The notes beneath the pieces are model-generated. The model ran no database searches. It saw only the letters and a list, made by a program, of their open reading frames with translations, and had not been told where the DNA came from. This document shows, one piece after another, positions 34,901 to 47,700 of a DNA stretch of 64,000 nucleotides. Each line of letters starts with the position of its first letter. Position 1 is the first letter of the stretch. The stretch comes from Balanoglossus misakiensis (Eukaryota; Animalia; Hemichordata), in contig CM082589.2 in NCBI GenBank assembly GCA_040954595.2, positions 7,944,232-8,008,231 of the forward strand, read 5' to 3'. Position numbers and translations under genes: made by a program.

Positions 34901-36984
34901 GACGACAAAAAGTTGCCAAAGAAGGTAGCCAGAAAGATAATATAAAAATATAATACGAATGGCCACGTCTACACGAATATTGTGCATTTCAGTATATTGT
35001 ATGACATTAATCTCTTGCAAAACATCGTTTTCACATTCATTTTTCTCCCCAACTTTTTTTCAACCGAATGTAGCTCACCTGATACTACACTTCTTTTGGT
35101 AACACTTACTTAACTGAACGAGGTTTTGATAGGATTCACGTCCAGAGACACCATACAATATCTACAGCTTATTTTTTGTTATTTATTAATTGCTTAACTC
35201 ATTTGTCTCAAGACTATCTGATCTATATTTCAATGCGTTTTGTATAGACTTTGTGAAAAGAATACAATTTTGCTACATTTTCTCCATTAAAACACACGCA
35301 ATGTTTAAAACAAAGCACAAAGTACAATTGTCTTGTATTATCACATTACGACAATCGAGTCTCGTATATGTTTGTTGTGTCTGTTGTATCCGGTCATTTG
35401 AGCAACAGGAAATAAAATTGTTTACATTAAAGCTATGGTTACGAGCCTTGTAAACATAGCCTTTGTTACCTCTTGACCCTGGAGCGAAACCAGGGTCTAT
35501 GCATAAACTATATCAATATTGTGGTCAGAGAGCACCAGCCCGAGGGCATCAAATCGTGATGTTGCCCTCGCTATCATGTGTTATTAATTTTATTACGCCG
35601 AACATTTGAACGTACATGCACTGCAGCATAGAAGAACGTAGACGCGCGTCCATGTGTCGTACGTTGCTGAGAATGTAAAATGTCTCGATCTCCCAAGAAC
35701 CATACCTACTTCAAACTCAAGAGGATACTGCGATGTTGGTTGCGATTTTGATGTATTTACTGCCCGTTTGCAGTAAAATATTGCCCAGTTGAACAGGTGT
35801 TAATCCTGTGCGTCGCTTTGAAGCCATATATGCGGGAGTTGACTGATCGTGAAGGAAGCCATTGAACGACAGGGGTAGAGACCCCTATAAGGTTGTAATC
35901 TACCATGGGGTCCTACATAAAGTATAAAAACAAAAAGTTAAAAAAAACAGAAAAATACAATTAGTAAAAGTAAAATTGTAAAAGCGGTGACTACAGGTAG
36001 AAATTTCTAAAACTGTGAAGTCGTCTATCTGCTTAAATTGTCTCTGATGTAAGAGTTCAACTGAGATTTAAAGTTATTTATGTTGGTACTGCATCTAACA
36101 ATGTCAGGTAGAGAGAGTTCCAAGCTCTAGCTGCACGCATAGCAAAACTCTTTTGACCTGTTTCTGTTCGAAATCGAGGCAATACTAATTTGCGAGTTGA
36201 GGCTCCTCGTGTCTGGTAAGCATGGACGTCATTCAGTGTAACAATTTTTTCTATAAGATAGCTAGGAGCAGAATTGTGGAAACATTTGTACACCATAATA
36301 CAAGTAAAGTAAAAAATACGTTATCTAACAGATAGCACATCGAATCTTTCAAACAGTACATCAGTTGGGGTATCAAAATCAGCATTAAGTATTACTATTA
36401 AGGCACGCTTCTGCATTTTATAAACCTTATCTATATTTTTAGAAGTCGTATTTCCCCACACAATAGAGCAGTCAATGACAGATTGGATCAAACCGTAATA
36501 TAAAAAACTTCTAAGGTGTAAAGGTATGAATTTACAAAGACGCCTAAGTAGTCCAATTCCCCGACTCAAAGTAAGACACAAATTATCAATATGTTTGTCC
36601 CATGAAATAAAATTGTCTAAAGTTAAACCCAGTATCTTTTCAGAGGTGACACATGAAATTTGTCTGTCATTAAGGGCCTGGTCAGAATTAACAGGGGGGG
36701 GGGGGAGGGCCGGTGCGATTGGGGGGAGGGTCACCATTTCTCATGCAACGGTTTGGGGGAGGGCCGCTACATTTTGGGCACTTGTCAAGGGGAGGGTCAT
36801 TAATTTTTGTGCAAGGATGACACCGATAATGTCAAAAATTTGAAGTGTTACAGAGAAATCCTGAAAAGAGACTTGCGCTCATATAGGCACGCCTGTATGG
36901 ATGTATTGACATCCCTTGTACTACAAAATACATCACACAACTCACAAAACATACACATGTACCAGTATGTGATCTTAAACCCCA

Positions 36985-37047
36985 TAACCCTAACCCTAAC
37001 CCTAACCCTAACCCAAACCCTAACCCTAACCCTAACCCTAACCCTAA
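36985..37047 (-). repeat. Interstitial (TTAGGG)n tract of about 10 units inside the Harbinger MITE (also 44354-44417)
   Basis: (TAACCC)n seen directly. Confidence 0.9.
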
Positions 37048-37417
37048 TTTCTTAAGGGAAGGGGAGCACAGTACGATATTTTACCCACAATTCTCCATGA
37101 TTTGTATCATCGAGGTTGTCCATTTAATAACTTTTTCTGTTTTAGATACTAACAATGATATGAAGTACATATAACTGTATTTATCTAGGAAAAGTATGTT
37201 GAGGAATAAGAGTGAAAATTTCAAAATGAATATTTAAAAGCCATAGGAATCAAAGTATTCATGTACTGCAATTGTCACACTTTGGAGGAAACAAGCAAAT
37301 AACTAACTGAGGTGTATTTAATAGTGGTCTACAATTTTCTGTACAAATGTGAACTTTGCCTGGTTTGACTGAGTAATATCTGATTGTACAAATCAGAATG
37401 AATCATCGGATATTGTG

Positions 37418-37852
37418 TAGCCCGGAGACACAGGCGTCGATCTAGAATACAACGCCCGGGGACAGTAGTGAAATTTCCTGCTGAGCTGAAAGATAGTAGC
37501 CCTGGCAACGATCAGGGTCGCTTAGTAACGAATGGATAACGAGTGATCTATCAAATGTTGACGGGCGCCAGTGGTTGGATGATATAATTAACAAAGCTTG
37601 GTTATGAATATTCATACACCTTCAAAACCACTCCCACACCCCGTTGCGGGAATTTCACTCATGACTCCACCTCTATTTCCTTATTTAGAATGCGATGATG
37701 TCATTTGGTTTACACATTGTTACATTTAAGTGACCAATTAGCTTACACACAAGATTTACCACCCGTGTCGTTCTCCGCACAGAATTCGGTGCGTAAATAG
37801 AGACTGTCCCCGGGCGTTCCTTTTCCCCTACTACACCTGTGTCTCCGGGCTA
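37418..37852. mobile_element. TAG...CTA (AcademH-type) MITE nested in the Harbinger MITE (also 44787-45221)
   Basis: TAGCCCGGAGACACAGG...CCTGTGTCTCCGGGCTA with 9-bp TSD GATATTGTG/AATATTGTG (8 of 9 match). Confidence 0.85.
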
Positions 37853-38415
37853 AATATTGTGGGGAGGGTCACTTGATTTTGTTCACGGAGAAGGGGGAGG
37901 GTCAGCATTTTTTGTGCAAGAAATCGGTGGAGGGTCAGTATTTTTCATGCATGCAGATTTTGAATCGCACCGGCCTTCCCCCCCCCTGTTAATTCTGACC
38001 AGGCCCTAATGGAAATGTCCAATTGTTCATCGGAAATGTCAGTCTCTTATTTTTTGACGAGATCCGACTAACATAGCTTTCGTTTTGCCCTCATTTATGA
38101 TCATTCCATTACTTCGAATGCAGTTACTTGACAACATTACATCATTTTGAAGGGAATCATTTACATGCGAAACATAAATTCCCGAGGTAAGAAGGGTTTG
38201 ATCGTCAGCGTACATATCAAGTTGCGAGTTATACAAAGTTAATGGTAAATCATTGATTAAGTAGTAAACAGTAGTGGTCCCAACACTGAGTATATTGACT
38301 AAGATATAAATTAAGTATGTATGTCAAGGATTTGCAGCATGTAAATATTAAAATTAATTATGACATATATGACGTGTGTGCGCAGCTGCCCTCGCAGTTG
38401 TATTATATTTACGTA

Positions 38416-38720
38416 TTATATTATACCAGTATATTGATGGTGTAAATCACGCTATTTTATTGGTCGAGACACGACACGTGACTGTGATATATTCGTCATA
38501 TACCACAGTCATATATCACGCAAACTCATAGTCAAAGAAAATGCCTTTTTCAAATGTTTTATGCAAAGTTTCAATATACTGGTATAATATAATAGCAATA
38601 AAACACCCCCAGCCATGGTATACCACTCGATTTTGACCAGTTCAACTCCATATACGCACGAGCGATAGAACTGGTCAAAATCTCGTGGTAAACCATGGCT
38701 GGGGGTGTTTTATTGCTTAA
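38416..38720. mobile_element. 305-bp inverted-repeat-plus-hairpin insertion (Crypton-like, tentative); also at about 41435, 45786 and 48804
   Basis: TTATATTATACCAGTATATTGA...TCAATATACTGGTATAATATAA, then the hairpin AGCAATAAAACACCCCCAGCCATGGT...ACCATGGCTGGGGGTGTTTTATTGCT. Absent from array copy 1 (empty site TTTACGTA|ATTATGG near 34359), with no clear TSD. Confidence 0.7.
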
Positions 38721-41700
38721 ATTATGGAGGTTCAAACTTGCGTGAACGTCTACTTTTTCAAAACATTAATTTTAAATCAGTTCAGTAACTTCTTAGTATG
38801 TAGTTTCAAGGGTCAAGATGAAATATTACTACGTCCAAAGCTCTTGAGTAGATAATTCGTGCACTTGTAAATGGGCGTACATTGAACCGTGGAAATCAAT
38901 ATACAGTGGCCATATAAGATGTATTCGCACTGATGGTTTTGTTGTGGTGAATTCTGTCGTCATTATGACCCGGTTCCAGTGAAAATCAAACGTATTTGAA
39001 CCCGGACAGTCAACAACATATAAGTAGTGCCACACCCATTCCTTCACTGGTCACGACCTTTGCTGAACAATATGCATACATGTACTTGATTCACACAATC
39101 ATATAGAAATCAATCCACACTATAGTTGGCGAGATAAGACTTTATGAGTTTCGTGAAAAGTGTCAAGAGGTCTGAAAAGTCTAAAACAAACCTGCCTATA
39201 TATTTCACTACAAAAGCTGACAAGACAGAGAGAAAATGTATTTTTAGCGTGGTGACGACAAAAAGTTGCCAAAGAAGGTAGCCAGAAAGATAATATAAAA
39301 ATATAATACGAATGGCCACGTCTACACGAATATTGTGCATTTCAGTATATTGTATGACATTAATCTCTTGCAAAACATCGTTTTCACATTCATTTTACTC
39401 CCCAACTTTTTTTCAACTGAATGTAGCTCACCTGATACTACACTTCTTTTGGTAACACTTACTTAACTGAACGAGGTTTTGATAGGATTCACGTCCAGAG
39501 ACACCATACAATATCTACAGCTTATTTTTTGTTATTTATTAATTGCTTAACTCATTTGTCTCAAGACTATCTGATCTATATTTCAATGCGTTTTGTATAG
39601 ACTTTGTGAAAAGAATACAATTTTGCTACATTTTCTCCATTAAAACACACGCAATGTTTAATACAAAGCACAAAGTACAATTGTCTTGTATTATCACATT
39701 ACGACAATCGAGTCTCGTATATGTTTGTTGTGTCTGTTGTATCCGGTCATTTGAGCAACAGGAAATAAAATTGTTTACATTAAAGCTATGGTTACGAGCC
39801 TTGTAAACATAGCCTTTGTTACCTCTTGACCCTGGAGCGAAACCAGGGTCTATGCATAAACTATATCAATATTGTGGTCAGAGAGCACCAGCCCGAGGGC
39901 ATCAAATCGTGATGTTGCCCTCGCTATCATGTGTTATTAATTTTATTACGCCGAACATTTGAACGTACATGCACTGCAGCATAGAAGAACGTAGACGCGC
40001 GTCCATGTGTCGTACGTTGCTGAGAATGTAAAATGTCTCGATCTCCCAAGAACCATACCTACTTCAAACTCAAGAGGATACTGCGATGTTGGTTGCGATT
40101 TTGATGTATTTACTGCCCGTTTGCAGTAAAATATTGCCCAGTTGAACAGGTGTTAATCCTGTGCGTCGCTTTGAAGCCATATATGCGGGAGTTGACTGAT
40201 CGTGAAGGAAGCCATTGAACGACAGGGGTAGAGACCCCTATAAGGTTGTAATCTACCATGGGGTCCTACATAAAGTATAAAAATAAAAAGTTAAAAAAAA
40301 AACAGAAAAATACAATTAGTAAAAGTAAAATTGTAAAAGCGGTGACTACAGGTAGAAATTTCTAAAACTGTGAAGTCGTCTATCTGCTTAAATTGTCTCT
40401 GATGTAAGAGTTCAACTGAGATTTAAAGTTATTTATGTTGGTACTGCATCTAACAATGTCAGGTAGAGAGAGTTCCAAGCTCTAGCTGCACGCATAGCAA
40501 AACTCTTTTGACCTGTTTCTGTTCGAAATCGAGGCAATACTAATTTGCGAGTTGAGGCTCCTCGTGTCTGGTAAGCATGGACGTCATTCAGTGTAACAAT
40601 TTTTTCTATAAGATAGCTAGGAGCAGAATTGTGGAAACATTTGTACACCATAATACAAGTAAAGTAAAAAATACGTTATCTAACAGATAGCACATCGAAT
40701 CTTTCAAACAGTACATCAGTTGGGGTATCAAAATCAGCATTAAGTATTACTATTAAGGCACGCTTCTGCATTTTATAAACCTTATCTATATTTTTAGAAG
40801 TCGTATTTCCCCACACAATAGAGCAGTCAATGACAGATTGGATCAAACCGTAATATAAAAAACTTCTAAGGTGTAAAGGTATGAATTTACAAAGACGCCT
40901 AAGTAGTCCAATTCCCCGACTCAAAGTAAGACACAAATTATCAATATGTTTGTCCCATGAAATAAAATTGTCTAAAGTTAAACCCAGTATCTTTTCAGAG
41001 GTGACACATGAAATTTGTCTGTCATTAATGGAAATGTCCAATTGTTCATCGGAAATGTCAGTCTCTTATTTTTTGACGAGATCCGACTAACATAGCTTTC
41101 GTTTTGCCCTCATTTATGATCATTCCATTACTTCGAATGCAGTTACTTGACAACATTACATCATTTTGAAGGGAATCATTTACATGCGAAACATAAATTC
41201 CCGAGGTAAGAAGGGTTTGATCGTCAGCGTACATATCAAGTTGCGAGTTATACAAAGTTAATGGTAAATCATTGATTAAGTAGTAAACAGTAGTGGTCCC
41301 AACACTGAGTATATTGACTAAGACATAAATTAAGTATGTATGTCAAGGATTTGCAGCATGTAAATATTAAAATTAATTATGACATATATGACGTGTGTGC
41401 GCAGCTGCCCTCGCAGTTGTATTATATTTACGTATTATATTATACCAGTATATTGATGGTGTAAATCACGCTATTTTATTGGTCGAGACACGACACGTGA
41501 CTGTGATATATTCGTCATATACCACAGTCATATATCACGCAAACTCATAGTCAAAGAAAATGCCTTTTTCAAATGTTTTATGCAAAGTTTCAATATACTG
41601 GTATAATATAATAGCAATAAAACACCCCCAACCATGGTATACCACTCGATTTTGACCAGTTCAACTCCATATACGCACGAGCGATAGAACTGGTCAAAAT

Positions 41701-44700
41701 CTCGTGGTAAACCATGGCTGGGGGTGTTTTATTGCTTAAATTATGGAGGTTCAAACTTGCGTGAACGTCTACTTTTTCAAAACATTAATTTTAAATCAGT
41801 TCAGTAACTTCTTAGTATGTAGTTTCAAGGGTCAAGATGAAATATTACTACGTCCAAAGCTCTTGAGTAGATAATTCGTGCACTTGTAAATGGGCGTACA
41901 TTGAACCGTGGAAATCAATATACAGTGGCCATATAAGATGTATTCGCACTGATGGTTTTGTTGTGGTGCATTCTGTCGTCATTATGACCCGGTTCCAGTG
42001 AAAATCAAACGTATTTGAACCCGGAAAGTCAACAACATATAAGTAGTGCCACACCCATTCCTTCACTGGTCACGACCTTTGCTGAACAATATGCATACAT
42101 GTACTTGATTCACACAATCATATAGAAATCAATCCACACTATAGTTGGCGAGATAAGACTTTATGAGTTTCGTGAAAAGTGTCAAGAGGTCTGAAAAGTC
42201 TAAAACAAACCTGCCTATATATTTCACTACAAAAGCTGACAAGACAGAGAGAAAATGTATTTTTAGCGTGGTGACGACAAAAAGTTGCCAAAGAAGGTAG
42301 CCAGAAAGATAATATAAAAATATAATACGAATGGCCACGTCTACATGAATATTGTGCATTTCAGTATATTGTATGACATTAATCTCTTGCAAAACATCGT
42401 TTTCACATTCATTTTACTCCCCAACTTTTTTTCAACTGAATGTAGCTCACCTGATACTACACTTCTTTTGGTAACACTTACTTAACTGAACGAGGTTTTG
42501 ATAGGATTCACGTCCAGAGACACCATACAATATCTACAGCTTATTTTTTGTTATTTATTAATTGCTTAACTCATTTGTCTCAAGACTATCTGATCTATAT
42601 TTTAATGCGTTTTGTATAGACTTTGTGAAAAGAATACAATTTTGCTACATTTTCTCCATTAAAACACACGCAATGTTTAAAACAAAGCACAAAGTACAAT
42701 TGTCTTGTATTATCACATTACGACAATCGAGTCTCGTATATGTTTGTTGTGTCTGTTGTATCCGGTCATTTGAGCAACAGGAAATAAAATTGTTTACATT
42801 AAAGCTATGGTTACGAGCCTTGTAAACATAGCCTTTGTTACCTCTTGACCCTGGAGCGAAACCAGGGTCTATGCATAAACTATATCAATATTGTGGTCAG
42901 AGAGCACCAGCCCGAGGGCATCAAATCGTGATGTTGCCCTCGCTATCATGTGTTATTAATTTTATTACGCCGAACATTTGAACGTACATGCACTGCAGCA
43001 TAGAAGAACGTAGACGCGCGTCCATGTGTCGTACGTTGCTGAGAATGTAAAATGTCTCGATCTCCCAAGAACCATACCTACTTCAAACTCAAGAGGATAC
43101 TGCGATGTTGGTTGCGATTTTGATGTATTTACTGCCCGTTTGCAGTAAAATATTGCCCAGTTGAACAGGTGTTAATCCTGTGCGTCGCTTTGAAGCCATA
43201 TATGCGGGAGTTGACTGATCTTGAAGGAAGCCATTGAACGACAGGGGTAGAGACCCCTATAAGGTTGTAATCTACCATGGGGTCCTACATAAAGTATAAA
43301 AATAAAAAGTTAAAAAAAAACAGAAAAATACAATTAGTAAAAGTAAAATTGTAAAAGCGGTGACTACAGGTAGAAATTTCTAAAACTGTGAAGTCGTCTA
43401 TCTGCTTAAATTGTCTCTGATGTAAGAGTTCAACTGAGATTTAAAGTTATTTATGTTGGTACTGCATCTAACAATGTCAGGTAGAGAGAGTTCCAAGCTC
43501 TAGCTGCACGCATAGCAAAACTCTTTTGACCTGTTTCTGTTCGAAATCGAGGCAATACTAATTTGCGAGTTGAGGCTCCTCGTGTCTGGTAAGCATGGAC
43601 GTCATTCAGTGTAACAATTTTTTCTATAAGATAGCTAGGAGCAGAATTGTGGAAACATTTGTACACCATAATACAAGTAAAGTAAAAAATACGTTATCTA
43701 ACAGATAGCACATCGAATCTTTCAAACAGTACATCAGTTGGGGTATCAAAATCAGCATTAAGTATTACTATTAAGGCACGCTTCTGCATTTTATAAACCT
43801 TATCTATATTTTTAGAAGTCGTATTTCCCCACACAATAGAGCAGTCAATGACAGATTGGATCAAACCGTAATATAAAAAACTTCTAAGGTGTAAAGGTAT
43901 GAATTTACAAAGACGCCTAAGTAGTCCAATTCCCCGACTCAAAGTAAGACACAAATTATCAATATGTTTGTCCCATGAAATAAAATTGTCTAAAGTTAAA
44001 CCCAGTATCTTTTCAGAGGTGACACATGAAATTTGTCTGTCATTAAGGGCCTGGTCAGAATTAACAGGGGGGGGAGGGCCGGTGCGATTGGGGGGAGGGT
44101 CACCATTTCTCATGCAACGGTTTGGGGGAGGGCCGCTACATTTTGGGCACTTGTCAAGGGGAGGGTCATTAATTTTTGTGCAAGGATGACACCGATAATG
44201 TCAAAAATTTGAAGTGTTACAGAGAAATCCTGAAAAGAGACTTGCGCTCATATAGGCACGCCTGTATGGATGTATTGACATCCCTTGTACTACAAAATAC
44301 ATCACACAACTCACAAAACATACACATGTACCAGTATGTGATCTTAAACCCCATAACCCTAACCCTAACCCTAACCCTAACCCAAACCCTTACCCTAACC
44401 CTAACCCTAACCCTAATTTCTTAAGGGAAGGGGAGCACAGTACGATATTTTACCCACAATTCTCCATGATTTGTATCATCGAGGTTGTCCATTTAATAAC
44501 TTTTTCTGTTTTAGATACTAACAATGATATGAAGTACATATAACTGTATTTATCTAGGAAAAGTATGTTGAGGAATAAGAGTGAAAATTTCAAAATGAAT
44601 ATTTAAAAGCCATAGGAATCAAAGTATTCATGTACTGCAAATGTCACACTTTGGAGGAAACAAGCAAATAACTAACTGAGGTGTATTTAATAGTGGTCTA

Positions 44701-47700
44701 CAATTTTCTGTACAAATGTGAACTTTGCCTGGTTTGACTGAGTAATATCTGATTGTACAAATCAGAATGAATCATCGGATATTGTGTAGCCCGGAGACAC
44801 AGGCGTCGATCTAGAATACAACGCCCGGGGACAGTAGTGAAATTTCCTGCTGAGCTGAAAGATAGTAGCCCTGGCAACGATCAGGGTCGCTTAGTAACGA
44901 ATGGATAACGAGTGATCTATCAAATGTTGACGGGCGCCAGTGGTTGGATGATATAATTAACAAAGCTTGGTTATGAATATTCATACACCTTCAAAACCAC
45001 TCCCACACCCCGTTGCGGGAATTTCACTCATGACTCCACCTCTATTTCCTTATTTAGAATGCGATGATGTCATTTGGTTTACACATTGTTACATTTAAGT
45101 GACCAATTAGCTTACACACAAGATTTACCACCCGTGTCGTTCTCCGCACAGAATTCGGTGCGTAAATAGAGACTGTCCCCGGGCGTTCCTTTTCCCCTAC
45201 TACGCCTGTGTCTCCGGGCTAAATATTGTGGGGAGGGTCACTTGATTTTGTTCACGGAGAAGGGGGAGGGTCAGCATTTTTTGTGCAAGAAATCGGTGGA
45301 GGGTCAGTATTTTTCATGCATGCAGATTTTGAATCGCACCGGCCTTCCCCCCCCCCTGTTAATTCTGACCAGGCCCTAATGGAAATGTCCAATTGTTCAT
45401 CGGAAATGTCAGTCTCTTATTTTTTGACGAGATCCGACTAACATAGCTTTCGTTTTGCCCTCATTTATGATCATTCCATTACTTCGAATGCAGTTACTTG
45501 ACAACATTACATCATTTTGAAGGGAATCATTTACATGCGAAACATAAATTCCCGAGGTAAGAAGGGTTTGATCGTCAGCGTACATATCAAGTTGCGAGTT
45601 ATACAAAGTTAATGGTAAATCATTGATTAAGTAGTAAACAGTAGTGGTCCCAACACTGAGTATATTGACTAAGACATAAATTAAGTATGTATGTCAAGGA
45701 TTTGCAGCATGTAAATATTAAAATTAATTATGACATATATGACGTGTGTGCGCAGCTGCCCTCGCAGTTGTATTATATTTACGTATTATATTATACCAGT
45801 ATATTGATGGTGTAAATCACGCTATTTTATTGGTCGAGACACGACACGTGACTGTGATATATTCGTCATATACCACAGTCATATATCACGCAAACTCATA
45901 GTCAAAGAAAATGCCTTTTTCAAATGTTTTATGCAAAGTTTCAATATACTGGTATAATATAATAGCAATAAAACACCCCCAGCCATGGTATACCACTCGA
46001 TTTTGACCAGTTCAACTCCATATACGCACGAGCGATAGAACTGGTCAAAATCTCGTGGTAAACCATGGCTGGGGGTGTTTTATTGCTTAAATTATGGAGG
46101 TTCAAACTTGCGTGAACGTCTACTTTTTCAAAACATTAATTTTAAATCAGTTCAGTAACTTCTTAGTATGTAGTTTCAAGGGTCAAGATGAAATATTACT
46201 ACGTCCAAAGCTCTTGAGTAGATAATTCGTGCACTTGTAAATGGGCGTACATTGAACCGTGGAAATCAATATACAGTGGCCATATAAGATGTATTCGCAC
46301 TGATGGTTTTGTTGTGGTGAATTCTGTCGTCATTATGACCCGGTTCCAGTGAAAATCAAACGTATTTGAACCCGGAAAGTCAACAACATATAAGTAGTGC
46401 CACACCCATTCCTTCACTGGTCACGACCTTTGCTGAACAATATGCATACATGTACTTGATTCACACAATCATATAGAAATCAATCCACACTATAGTTGGC
46501 GAGATAAGACTTTATGAGTTTCGTGAAAAGTGTCAAGAGGTCTGAAAAGTCTAAAACAAACCTGCCTATATATTTCACTACAAAAGCTGACAAGACAGAG
46601 AGAAAATGTATTTTTAGCGTGGTGACGACAAAAAGTTGCCAAAGAAGGTAGCCAGAAAGATAATATAAAAATATAATACGAATGGCCACGTCTACACGAA
46701 TATTGTGCATTTCAGTATATTGTATGACATTAATCTCTTGCAAAACATTGTTTTCACATTCATTTTACTCCCCAACTTTTTTTCAACTGAATGTAGCTCA
46801 CCTGATACTACACTTCTTTTGGTAACACTTACTTAACTGAACGAGGTTTTGATAGGATTCACGTCCAGAGACACCATACAATATCTACAGCTTATTTTTT
46901 GTTATTTATTAATTGCTTAACTCATTTGTCTCAAGACTATCTGATCTATATTTCAATGCGTTTTGTATAGACTTTGTGAAAAGAATACAATTTTGCTACA
47001 TTTTCTCCATTAAAACACACGCAATGTTTAATACAAAGCACAAAGTACAATTGTCTTGTATTATCACATTACGACAATCGAGTCTCGTATATGTTTGTTG
47101 TGTCTGTTGTATCCGGTCATTTGAGCAACAGGAAATAAAATTGTTTACATTAAAGCTATGGTTACGAGCCTTGTAAACATAGCCTTTGTTACCTCTTGAC
47201 CCTGGAGCGAAACCAGGGTCTATGCATAAACTATATCAATATTGTGGTCAGAGAGCACCAGCCCGAGGGCATCAAATCGTGATGTTGCCCTCGCTATCAT
47301 GTGTTATTAATTTTATTACGCCGAACATTTGAACGTACATGCACTGCAGCATAGAAGAACGTAGACGCGCGTCCATGTGTCGTACGTTGCTGAGAATGTA
47401 AAATGTCTCGATCTCCCAAGAACCATACCTACTTCAAACTCAAGAGGATACTGCGATGTTGGTTGCGATTTTGATGTATTTACTGCCCGTTTGCAGTAAA
47501 ATATTGCCCAGTTGAACAGGTGTTAATCCTGTGCGTCGCTTTGAAGCCATATATGCGGGAGTTGACTGATCGTGAAGGAAGCCATTGAACGACAGGGGTA
47601 GAGACCCCTATAAGGTTGTAATCTACCATGGGGTCCTACATAAAGTATAAAAATAAAAAGTTAAAAAAAAACAGAAAAATACAATTAGTAAAAGTAAAAT

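Larger units (their letters stand above)
36674..38006. mobile_element. PIF/Harbinger-type MITE, family B, inserted in the LINE; second copy at 44047-45376
   Basis: TIR GGGCCTGGTCAGAATTAACAGGGGG with TAA TSD. The empty site GTCATTAATGG is visible at about 41021 and 48390. Confidence 0.92.
35870..38290 (-). mobile_element. 5'-truncated CR1/L2-clade LINE (RT C-terminal half plus 3' UTR), degenerate; further copies at about 40222-41309, 43241-45660 and 47592-48678
   Basis: SVLGPLLF, MYADD, EKILGLTLDNFISWDKHIDNLC..LSRGIGLLRRL, VWGNT and KSFAMRAARAWNSL, broken by stops and frameshifts. Confidence 0.9.

Noticed and set aside
34482-35453. Recurrent small ORFs (MKEWVWHY.., MQEINVIQY.., MLNSFVSR..) seen 4-5 times
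   Set aside because: They recur only because the DNA is tandemly duplicated; they have no recognisable domains or splice structure.
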